From Synergistales bacterium (lineage in GTDB: Bacteria > Synergistota > Synergistia > Synergistales > JAFGMB01), in the NCBI GenBank assembly GCA_963666205.1, contig OY762654.1, forward strand, positions 224,001-288,000: a stretch of 64,000 nucleotides of DNA. The letters are read 5' to 3'. Of the stretch, positions 43,605 through 52,033 are shown one piece after another. A program made the translations under genes and the position numbers. How positions within the stretch are numbered: the first letter of the stretch is position 1; every line of letters begins with the position of its first letter. Below the pieces are notes generated by a model. It was not told the DNA's origin. It saw nothing but the letters and a program-made list of their open reading frames with translations, and did not search any database.

Positions 43605-43922
43605 GTGATTATGAAGACAGTAATGCTTTATCTGGAGACACCAACATCATATACATATATATTCCTGCTAACAGTAATAGCTTCAGGGGCAGCAACTGTA
43701 GCATGTATAATTGGTATGCGCTCCAGGGAAAAAGGTGTCCTATATTTTCTATACAGCATACTTATTCTTTTCTTTCTTTCTGTAACCGTATTTATTGTGG
43801 TAATTGTACAAAACCTGTTCGCCCTGGTAACTCTTATCCCTGCCGGTATAATATTAACCTACGCTGTCATATATTCAAAGATGAAAGATAAGGATGACAG
43901 AAGATCCGGAACCAACAAATAA
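43605..43922 (+). CDS. Small hypothetical membrane protein (3 predicted TM helices, charged C-tail)
   Basis: 105 aa ORF with three hydrophobic stretches; upstream TATAAT (43535-43540) and weak SD AGGA. Confidence 0.65.
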   Translation: MIMKTVMLYLETPTSYTYIFLLTVIASGAATVACIIGMRSREKGVLYFLYSILILFFLSVTVFIVVIVQNLFALVTLIPAGIILTYAVIYSKMKDKDDRRSGTNK

Positions 43923-43999
43923 TTAATACTAACAGGTATTCATAAAACAACAATATCTTTTTTATCTGGATCAGATGAAAATGGAAGGGCTGGGAATCC

Positions 44000-44515
44000 A
44001 TGGCAGTATTTCTTATCGCAAGTATAATGCTTTATGGCCCCTATCTCTGGTGCCATTTAACTTCAGAAAATTATTCAGATTATGGAATTCAGTGGAGTTT
44101 AAGTTCTAAAGATCTTAAAATCGTTTTCATACTGATTCTTGCAACCCTTATCCCTTTAACCATAGTTGCGATGAATTGGCCTGGTCAATCCTTGCCTAGA
44201 ACAGTTTCTATGGAAAGAACAGTCACCCTGGCTCTTTCCGGCATTGTTGCTGCTATCGTTGAAGAAACCTTTTACAGGGGATGGCTTTTTACCCTTGTCC
44301 GTCGAAGATTCGGATCATGGAAAACCATCTTGATTGTGTCTGCCATCTTCGCCCTTTCGCACCTGTTCCTTAAGATTCATGTTTTACGATTTGCTACTTT
44401 TTTCCCTGGATTGATAATGGGGTTTCTCAGGGAAAAAAGCAAAAATATACTTCCGGGGATGATATATCATGGAATCGGTAACATATGGTCTATATGGTTT
44501 TTCCCAGGTATGTAA
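44000..44515 (+). CDS. CPBP/Abi (type II CAAX) glutamic intramembrane protease, myxosortase-like
   Basis: EETFYRG, SAIFALSH, HGIGN catalytic motifs plus RFATFFPGL..GFLR. Confidence 0.85.
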   Translation: MAVFLIASIMLYGPYLWCHLTSENYSDYGIQWSLSSKDLKIVFILILATLIPLTIVAMNWPGQSLPRTVSMERTVTLALSGIVAAIVEETFYRGWLFTLVRRRFGSWKTILIVSAIFALSHLFLKIHVLRFATFFPGLIMGFLREKSKNILPGMIYHGIGNIWSIWFFPGM

Positions 44516-45614
44516 GAGCCATTCGACGTCTGATAATTCATATCTGAGTTATTTTACAAGAATTCTTCTGATAACATTATGTTATCTCTTTTTTACCTAT
44601 GGTTCATCCTGGGCTGCTGATATTGAGTATTCTATAGTGGTACCGTGTCACATAGACGGCCAGGTTTATATCCGATATTCTGACGGGACAGTTACCCAGA
44701 TCGGGAAGGTCCTGGCAGTTCCCCAATCCTCCAGATGGCCCAGTTATACTGCAAGCAAATGGGCAGAAGCTGGTACAGTGTGCGCATGCGCTGTAAATGC
44801 TATACATGTCCTTGTTTCAGTAGAAAAAGGACAGGGTCGAACAATCAGCATATTACCGAAAGAAACGTTTGCACCTGCATCCGGAAAAGGGAACGCATTC
44901 GTTGTCGAAACTAAAGCCGGAACGACCATTTTTGGTGCTTTTTCACCAGTTGTTGGCTCAAAGATATCTCTTATAGACCATACTGGACTGGAAAGGCCCT
45001 TTAAGGTTTCAGAATTATCCCGTAAGGGCAATTCCCTTGTTATAAATGTGCCAGAAACAGGTAAGTTTTTCGTCATGGATATAGAGAACCGACCTGGCGG
45101 ACGTGTTCTTATCTGGGATGATCAGGGAGTACATACAATGGCAAGGGTTATACGGCCACTTGGCGGAGTCGGACGATTCGGTGGTACACAGTTTCAGAAT
45201 ACAGGAAGAATAAGGGCTAATCATACGGGAGTTATTGACATAAGCACTTCACCCTATGGTTCAATTGGCGGATTTCAGATAATTCCCTTGATCCATGCCT
45301 TTTCCACCGAAATGATAAACAGTTGGAAGCTCACCCAGTGGATGATCATTTCATCAACTGACACAGAGATTTCCCTTGCAGGTCAGGCTCCCCTTTTTTC
45401 CGGAAACCTGGTTACAGGTACACAGACGGGGGAACAACTCAGAAATCTCTGGTCTACATATGGACGGAAACCATTGTCATTATGCAGGCTAAATGGAGGA
45501 AAGTGGCAAAGATTGCCTGATCACACAGGCAGGGATGATGCCGCCCTGAAGGAGCTTACCCATCTCCGGCTCTATTTCCCGGTAAACAGGGAACCCCTTG
45601 CTTATCTAAACTAG
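44469..45614 (+). CDS. Secreted hypothetical protein (start uncertain)
   Basis: 381 aa ORF; hydrophobic segment ending SSWAA resembles a signal peptide; Gly-rich beta-type sequence; no family recognised. Confidence 0.8.
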   Translation: MESVTYGLYGFSQVCKSHSTSDNSYLSYFTRILLITLCYLFFTYGSSWAADIEYSIVVPCHIDGQVYIRYSDGTVTQIGKVLAVPQSSRWPSYTASKWAEAGTVCACAVNAIHVLVSVEKGQGRTISILPKETFAPASGKGNAFVVETKAGTTIFGAFSPVVGSKISLIDHTGLERPFKVSELSRKGNSLVINVPETGKFFVMDIENRPGGRVLIWDDQGVHTMARVIRPLGGVGRFGGTQFQNTGRIRANHTGVIDISTSPYGSIGGFQIIPLIHAFSTEMINSWKLTQWMIISSTDTEISLAGQAPLFSGNLVTGTQTGEQLRNLWSTYGRKPLSLCRLNGGKWQRLPDHTGRDDAALKELTHLRLYFPVNREPLAYLN

Positions 45615-45639
45615 AGGGGCGAAGTGTAGCTTCGCCCCT
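45615..45639. terminator. Hairpin between convergent hypothetical gene and glmS
   Basis: 10-bp perfect stem AGGGGCGAAG-TGTAG-CTTCGCCCCT; T tracts weak on both strands. Confidence 0.6.
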
Positions 45640-45649
45640 GTGCATATAT

Positions 45650-47476
45650 TCATTCAACAGTTACACTTTTCGCAAGGTTTCTGGGTTGGTCGATGTCACA
45701 ACCCCTTTGCCTGGCGACATAATAGGCAAAAAGCTGCAGAGGGATAACTGTAAGAAAAGGCGTAAGATCACTCTCGGTTTCGGGTACTGAAACTGAAGCT
45801 TCTGCATTTTGCTGCGATATCACATCCCCTTCAGTTATTACAGAAATAATGGGCGCTTTTCTTGCTCTGGCTTCCTGTATATTAGAGAGAGTTTTATCAT
45901 ATAGTCCATCCCTGGGGTTAATAACTACCACAGGAACTTCAGGATCAAGCAGGGCAATTGGTCCATGTTTCATTTCACCAGCTGCATAGGCTTCAGCGTG
46001 AATATATGATATCTCCTTGAGTTTAAGAGCCCCTTCCATGGCTATAGGAAAGGAAAGTCCCCTTCCAAGAAATAGAAAATTACGGGAATCAGCAAATTTC
46101 TCGGCCAGAGTTCTGATCTCCTCATGTTTCATTAGTACTGTTTCGATCTTATACGGTAGATTGACAAATTCATTCAGAAATCTTTGTTCTTGAGATGTGG
46201 AAAGGGTCCCTCTCTGTTTACCAAGGAAGAGAGCAAGAAGATAAAGTACCGCAAGTTGTCCGGAGAATGTTTTAGTAGCCGCTACACCAATCTCCGGTCC
46301 TGCCATAAGTTGGAGGACATGGTCAACCTCTCTGGCCAGAGTGGAATTCGGGTTGTTAGTAACAGCGATACAGGTTGCTCCGGATTTCTTTACAAGTCTC
46401 TCTGCAGCAAGAGTATCAGCCGTTTCACCGGATTGAGACACAAAAACAGCGAGAGTATCCTTGCCCGTCACAATACTGCGATATCTGTATTCTGAAGCAA
46501 TATCAACCCGAATATCAAGATCAGTAATATTTTCCATAAAACGTTCTGCGACAAGTGATGCGTAGTAAGAGGTCCCACAGGCGATTATGTGTACTTTCTT
46601 CAGTTCGGCAACTTCTGCAAGGCTTATCGTCAATTCCGCAGAAAGATCTATTCCTGAAGAACTGATCCTATGAGACAGGGTATCCCGCAGTACACGGCTC
46701 TGCTCATTGATCTCTTTAAGCATAAAGTGAGGATATCCACATTTGTCAACCATGGATACATCCCAGTCAACACGGCATACATCCTTAAATATCTTTTCTC
46801 CCCTACTATTCCACGTTTTAATACCCCCGGCAGAAAGTTCCGCGATATCACCATCGTCGAGGTAGATAAAATCCTTGGTGTAGGGCAAAAGGGCAGGAAC
46901 ATCAGATGCACAAAAAGATTCTCCTTCTCCTATGCCAAGTACAAGAGGCGACCCTTTTCTGATGCAGTATATCCTGTCCGCCTCTTCTCTCATGAGTATA
47001 GCCATTGCATAGGAACCTTCCAGTCTCGAACTTAGTTCAACAAGTGAGGAGACAGCATCTCCCTGGTGGATCTGGCCAAGTAATTGGGCTATAACCTCTG
47101 TATCGGTTTCAGTAGTGAAGGAAACACCACTGCATTCAAGTTCTGCCTTGAGTTCCAGAAAGTTCTCCACTATTCCATTATGGACAAGGGTTACATTTTT
47201 CCTCAGATCTGTATGAGGGTGAGCATTCAGGGATGTCACACCCCCATGAGTAGCCCATCTGGTATGACCGATCCCCTGGTGGCCACAAGGTTTCATTGAA
47301 GCGACAAGTTTTTCCAGATCAGAAACCTTACCCACTTCTTTCTGAATGCCAATAGCGCCATTGTCCCTTATAGCTATTCCCGCAGAATCATAGCCTCTGT
47401 ATTCCAGTCTGTGCATACCATCCAGCAGCACATCAGAGGCATTTCTATATCCGATATAACCAACTATTCCACACAT
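45650..47476 (-). CDS. glmS: Glutamine-fructose-6-phosphate aminotransferase
   Basis: MCGIVG N-terminal nucleophile (true start 47476), LEYRGYDSAG, HTRWATHG, SQSGETADT, QPRNLAKSVTVE. Confidence 0.98.
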   Translation of the reverse strand: MCGIVGYIGYRNASDVLLDGMHRLEYRGYDSAGIAIRDNGAIGIQKEVGKVSDLEKLVASMKPCGHQGIGHTRWATHGGVTSLNAHPHTDLRKNVTLVHNGIVENFLELKAELECSGVSFTTETDTEVIAQLLGQIHQGDAVSSLVELSSRLEGSYAMAILMREEADRIYCIRKGSPLVLGIGEGESFCASDVPALLPYTKDFIYLDDGDIAELSAGGIKTWNSRGEKIFKDVCRVDWDVSMVDKCGYPHFMLKEINEQSRVLRDTLSHRISSSGIDLSAELTISLAEVAELKKVHIIACGTSYYASLVAERFMENITDLDIRVDIASEYRYRSIVTGKDTLAVFVSQSGETADTLAAERLVKKSGATCIAVTNNPNSTLAREVDHVLQLMAGPEIGVAATKTFSGQLAVLYLLALFLGKQRGTLSTSQEQRFLNEFVNLPYKIETVLMKHEEIRTLAEKFADSRNFLFLGRGLSFPIAMEGALKLKEISYIHAEAYAAGEMKHGPIALLDPEVPVVVINPRDGLYDKTLSNIQEARARKAPIISVITEGDVISQQNAEASVSVPETESDLTPFLTVIPLQLFAYYVARQRGCDIDQPRNLAKSVTVE

Positions 47477-47513
47477 GGTATGGGGTAAAGACACCGCCTT
47501 CCAATTGAACCAC

Positions 47514-47656
47514 GAGAGCACATGCCCCTTTGTCCCAATGATCGCTCATTGGTTTTACTGGCATGTTTATGGGTTTCTCTCCAACACCCCGGGGTATCCG
47601 CCGATTATTCGATAAACCCCGACCTCGTTAACTGGCTGCTGCCAGTCCAGGCGCTT
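47514..47656 (-). ncRNA. glmS ribozyme (GlcN6P-activated self-cleaving riboswitch)
   Basis: A|GCGCCTGGACT..AGTTAACGAGG-TCGGGGTTTATCGAATAATCGGCGGATACCCCG core; P1 GACTGGC/GCCAGTT, P2 CGGGGT/ACCCCG, P3.1 GAGAG/CTCTC, P4.1 CCAATGA-GCGA-TCATTGG; directly upstream of glmS. Confidence 0.93.
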
Positions 47657-47673
47657 CCAACTATGCGCTGTCA

Positions 47674-48549
47674 TTAACAATTATGTTCAAGTGCTTTTAG
47701 AACCACCTCCCTGAATTCCGGGATTCTCATGGAAAGTGAAACAAATGTATAGAGCCAACCTTTAGGTGTTCCGCAATCGAACCTTTGACCGTCATATATG
47801 AACCCCCAAAGAGGTTCCTCTTTTAGCAGTTCTCTTAGGGCATCCGTGAGTTGATACTCTCCCCCAGCACCCTTGACTGAGTTTTTCAGAATTCTAAATA
47901 TAGTTGGAGAAAGAACATATCTACCCATAACTGCCAGATCGCTGGGGGCCTTATCCGGTTCAGGCTTTTCTATCAGGTCTATTATCTTGAATATACCTGG
48001 TTCTACTTCCTCTGAAGCCAAAACTATCCCATATCGGGACACTTCTTCAGGCCTGACCCTTTCAAGAGCGATAACACTTCCTCCAAAACGTTCATGGACT
48101 CCGATGAGCTGTGAAAGGACTGGATCGGGGGATATCATCACATCGTCAGGAAGTATAACTCCAAAGTATTCGCCTCTACAAAATGGTTCTCCACATAAAA
48201 CTGCATGTCCAAGTCCCAAAGGTATTGACTGTCTGGCGTAAGTGAAATTCGCCATTTCAGAAATGGAACATACAGTCTGGTACAAATCGTCTTTGTTCCT
48301 TTCCAGTAGCAGGGTTTCCAATTCCCACGAGCGGTCAAAATAATCCTCAATCGCTCTTTTGGTCCTTCCAGTGATGAAAATAACATCTTTACATCCAGAA
48401 TCTACAGCCTCACTTACTCCGTAATGTATGAGTGGTCTATCAATAAGAGGAAGCATTTCCTTGGGAATTTCCTTGGTGGCTGGAAGGAATCGTGTTCCTA
48501 ATCCACCCACAGGAAACAGACATTTAGTTATCTTGGCATAATGATCCAA
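47674..48549 (-). CDS. galU: UTP-glucose-1-phosphate uridylyltransferase
   Basis: GLGTRFLPATK..PKEML, GLGHAV, IEKP, GAGGEYQLTDA, RFDCG. Confidence 0.95.
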   Translation of the reverse strand: MDHYAKITKCLFPVGGLGTRFLPATKEIPKEMLPLIDRPLIHYGVSEAVDSGCKDVIFITGRTKRAIEDYFDRSWELETLLLERNKDDLYQTVCSISEMANFTYARQSIPLGLGHAVLCGEPFCRGEYFGVILPDDVMISPDPVLSQLIGVHERFGGSVIALERVRPEEVSRYGIVLASEEVEPGIFKIIDLIEKPEPDKAPSDLAVMGRYVLSPTIFRILKNSVKGAGGEYQLTDALRELLKEEPLWGFIYDGQRFDCGTPKGWLYTFVSLSMRIPEFREVVLKALEHNC

Positions 48550-48570
48550 AATCCAACCTCCCTGCAAGTT

Positions 48571-49938
48571 TCAACTTATGAGTGAATTGATACATCCCAC
48601 AAGTTCTTCAGCAACCAGGTTTACAAGTTCTCTGTCTTTGGCCTCAACAAGAACCCTCACAAGGGGTTCAGTTCCGGAGGGCCTTATGAAAATACGACCC
48701 TTACCTTCCAGCGTTCTGGAAGCCTGTTCGATGACATTCTTCAGATTCGGGCTATCAAGGAGTGTTTTTATATCAGGAACAAACACATTACGTAGTGATT
48801 GAGGATATCGATCAAAACGATCAATAAGCGTATCTATGTTTTCGCCGAGTTCAATACAGGCCCTCAAAAAGAGAAACCCTGTGCATAATCCATCTCCTGT
48901 AGTGGTATAGTCTGAAAGTATCACGTGGCCTGATTGCTCTCCTCCGATCCTTGAACTTTCCGAGATCATAGTCTGAAACACGTATCTGTCTCCAACTGGA
49001 CATCTGAAAACCTTGATTCCTTCTTTATTTAAATGGTCTTCTAGGGCAAGGTTACTCATAACAGTTGCAGTTACTCCAGAACCAAGCCTTTCTTTGTTTC
49101 TAAGCCATCGTCCAAGTACCCAAAGCATTATATCCCCATCAATATGTCTGCCTTTGGAATCAACTATCTGGACCCTATCCGCATCCCCATCATATGCAAA
49201 GCCCAGATGAGCTTTTTTGGTGATAACCTTAGCTGAAAGGTACTCCAGATCCATAACCCCAACACCATCATTTATGTTAAGACCATCAGGATCAGCCCCA
49301 TATAATTCCCAGTTTCGAGGAAGGAAGGTCAAAAGGTATTTCATGGTATCTGAAGCAGCGCCATGAGCTGTATCGAAAACACATTTGAATCTGGATAAAG
49401 GGAGATCCTGTAAAAGGGAAAGAAGCCATGCTGCATAGGACGAATGTATATCTTCCCTTGCAATGATCTTGCCTATGGATGCACCTGTAGGGCGCCAGTC
49501 ATCTAGAAAGTTATCCCCAAGGTAATCCTCTATACAGGCCTCATCGTCATCCGAGAGTTTTCTTCCATTCCTGTCGAGAAATTTAATACCATTGTATTCG
49601 GCAGGGTTGTGTGAAGCACTGATTACAACTCCTCCCTGAACTTCATGTTCCCGGACTGCATAGCTGACTTCAGGTGTAGGTGCTACTCCCAGAGTCATAA
49701 CTTCTGCCCCGGCAGAAGCAAGGCCGGATGAAAGTGCAGCCTCAAGCATTTGACCTGATCGCCTGGTATCTCTTCCAACCATAATGTCAGGCCTGGGAAC
49801 ACCTTTTTCAGTAAGAAAAAGGACATATGCACGCCCGAGACGGAGAGCCATCTCCGGCGTCATAACACCTCTATTGGCAACATCCCTGACCCCATCAGTT
49901 CCGAAAAGACACCGTATCTTTTTTTCCTCTATTTCCAA
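48571..49938 (-). CDS. glmM: Phosphoglucosamine mutase
   Basis: FGTDGVR, GRDTRRSG, ISASHNP, DGDADR, GGEQSGH, RPSGTEP. Confidence 0.96.
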   Translation of the reverse strand: MEIEEKKIRCLFGTDGVRDVANRGVMTPEMALRLGRAYVLFLTEKGVPRPDIMVGRDTRRSGQMLEAALSSGLASAGAEVMTLGVAPTPEVSYAVREHEVQGGVVISASHNPAEYNGIKFLDRNGRKLSDDDEACIEDYLGDNFLDDWRPTGASIGKIIAREDIHSSYAAWLLSLLQDLPLSRFKCVFDTAHGAASDTMKYLLTFLPRNWELYGADPDGLNINDGVGVMDLEYLSAKVITKKAHLGFAYDGDADRVQIVDSKGRHIDGDIMLWVLGRWLRNKERLGSGVTATVMSNLALEDHLNKEGIKVFRCPVGDRYVFQTMISESSRIGGEQSGHVILSDYTTTGDGLCTGFLFLRACIELGENIDTLIDRFDRYPQSLRNVFVPDIKTLLDSPNLKNVIEQASRTLEGKGRIFIRPSGTEPLVRVLVEAKDRELVNLVAEELVGCINSLIS

Positions 49939-49951
49939 AACTTTCACCCGC

Positions 49952-51184
49952 CTAATCGATGTCAGCCTTAACGGATACTTTGGATGGCATGACGCTGACA
50001 ACCTTTATTTGTTTACTCCGGGATCGGACCTGAACTGGAACGATCAGTTTCTTTGATACAAAGTTTGTTACGTTTACGTAGGCTTCAAGAAGATCTGTCT
50101 GGCCTTCAATGGTATCGATATCTGAAGGTTTCCCTTCCAGTATAACTGCCACAGAGTCAGGTTCAACTGTCCAGGAAGGGTAGACACTGGATCCTTCCAC
50201 CATAACAGGAATCCCGGAGATCTGTCTTGTCACGGTAAAGGGTTTAAGTTTAACCTTTATCATAATGGAAGTATCGGAAATGATCCTGACATTTTTCTCT
50301 TTGAGGGGTTCCAGGGGAAGAACGACCTGCTGATCTTGTGAAATACCTGAAATATCATAAAGAGGAGTGCTTATTTCATTGACCTGTTTCAACACTTCAC
50401 CCGGACCTTCTACCTGAATTTGTGCTGGCTCAACTATTACTGTATCCACTCTGAAATCATCCTGTGGATCTCCTATTATTTCAACTTTTACAGGTATTTC
50501 TTTTTTTGGAGTTCCCTGGGCAAGAATGGCGCTTAAACTGATAGTGTCAGGATCTAATTCAAGCTCAGCTGATATATTCTCGTCAGATATAATCTGTACA
50601 GGAAGTTGAAGAATACCTCCAGCCTTCAACTGATCGAGCGTGGGCTCAACTCGAAGAGCCTTAACTTTGGAAACCAGGCTTTCTTCTCCCTTTATGGTAA
50701 TCTCTTTTGGTGTTACATGAACAGACTCCAGAAACAGGCCTGAAGGAATTCCTTCCTTGACATTTACCGTTACAGGAAGGGATCTTTCTATATATCTCAC
50801 TAGTTCGAACTCAACCTGTTCAGGTTCAATATCGACAAGTTTTACTTCCGTGGGAACAGTAGTTCTAACTGCAAGCTTGTACCTGCCTACATCCAGGCCC
50901 TTAAGATTAGCTTCACAAATAATCTTGTCCAGGGGAAGATCAGTGAAGACCTTTCTCTGACCTGAAATCTGCACTACCACTTCCTTACTCTGGTTAACAA
51001 GCATTGTATGAACCGGCAGGTTGATATACTGCACGGGACATCTAATGGAACGCACAGTTTCTGATGCTCTGTCACCCGCAACATAGAACCAGAGGATACA
51101 TGCTACCATCAAAGCCACAACTCTGAGAAGCAGATTGGAAGAAAAGAGTTTATCAAGATATTCTATTTTTCCCATCAGGATCAT
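49952..51184 (-). CDS. cdaR: CdaR (YbbR-domain) regulator of diadenylate cyclase
   Basis: N-terminal TM (ACILWFYV) followed by repeated YbbR-like units (V.P..V.I.G); between cdaA and glmM. Confidence 0.88.
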   Translation of the reverse strand: MILMGKIEYLDKLFSSNLLLRVVALMVACILWFYVAGDRASETVRSIRCPVQYINLPVHTMLVNQSKEVVVQISGQRKVFTDLPLDKIICEANLKGLDVGRYKLAVRTTVPTEVKLVDIEPEQVEFELVRYIERSLPVTVNVKEGIPSGLFLESVHVTPKEITIKGEESLVSKVKALRVEPTLDQLKAGGILQLPVQIISDENISAELELDPDTISLSAILAQGTPKKEIPVKVEIIGDPQDDFRVDTVIVEPAQIQVEGPGEVLKQVNEISTPLYDISGISQDQQVVLPLEPLKEKNVRIISDTSIMIKVKLKPFTVTRQISGIPVMVEGSSVYPSWTVEPDSVAVILEGKPSDIDTIEGQTDLLEAYVNVTNFVSKKLIVPVQVRSRSKQIKVVSVMPSKVSVKADID

Positions 51185-52005
51185 TCCTCTTCTGTTTCAT
51201 GACCTATTGAATTGATTTCATCATGGATTCTGTTCCAGATAGATTTTTTTTCTTCTTCAAGAGCTCCGAAGTAATGCTGAAAGAGTCTTCTCACCTGGGA
51301 TTCCTTGAGATTCCGGGACATATGTCCATTAATGGCGAGGGAAATCTCTCCCCGTTCTTCAGATACAACAACTGCGATAGCATCTGATACTTCTGTTACA
51401 CCAAGAGCGGCCCTGTGCCTGGTACCTATCCATCTCGACAAGTCTGAATTCTCTGAAAGGGGCAGGTAAGTTGAAGCAGCGATAATAGTACTGTTCTCTA
51501 TAATGACAGCCCCGTCATGAAGAGGGTTGTTTGGCCAGAAAATAGAAATTATCAACTCCTGAGAAAGCTGTGCGTCAATCCTTACTGCTGTACGCCAGAA
51601 ATCTTTGAGGCCGGTATTTCTCTGCAGGACAAGAAGAGCCCCTATTTTTTTGTTCTTTAGAAAAAGGAGAGCATTTGTTATCTCATCACTCAGAAACTGG
51701 GCCCTCTTCTCTACCTGGCTCCGCTTCCATATTCTTCCCCTTCCCAATTCTTCAAGCATCTTTCTCAATTCAGGTTGAAACACTATCGGAATTGCAATGA
51801 CGAGAACAGTCAGGGTTTTAGCAAGAAACCAGGAAACGGTGGATAATTGAAGCAGTCGGGCAAGAGCTGAAATTCCTCCCAGAATAAGGAGTCCCTTCAC
51901 AAGCTGCATCGCCCTTGTTCCGACAAGAAGGAGCAAGAGTCTGTATATTATAAAAGCAACTATCAGAATATCCAGTATATCCTGCCAGCGAAACAAGTCA
52001 AACAT
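51181..52005 (-). CDS. cdaA: Diadenylate cyclase CdaA/DacA
   Basis: 3 TMs, FQPELR, IGAL, PLHDGA and GTRHRAA catalytic motifs, VSEERG. Confidence 0.95.
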   Translation of the reverse strand: MFDLFRWQDILDILIVAFIIYRLLLLLVGTRAMQLVKGLLILGGISALARLLQLSTVSWFLAKTLTVLVIAIPIVFQPELRKMLEELGRGRIWKRSQVEKRAQFLSDEITNALLFLKNKKIGALLVLQRNTGLKDFWRTAVRIDAQLSQELIISIFWPNNPLHDGAVIIENSTIIAASTYLPLSENSDLSRWIGTRHRAALGVTEVSDAIAVVVSEERGEISLAINGHMSRNLKESQVRRLFQHYFGALEEEKKSIWNRIHDEINSIGHETEEE

Positions 52006-52033
52006 AGTTATAACCTCTGTATGTATTCTAAAA

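Noticed and set aside
43407..45640. tRNA-integrated mobile island
   Set aside because: The cassette lies at the tRNA 5' side, with no integrase and no duplicated tRNA 3' end (att repeat)
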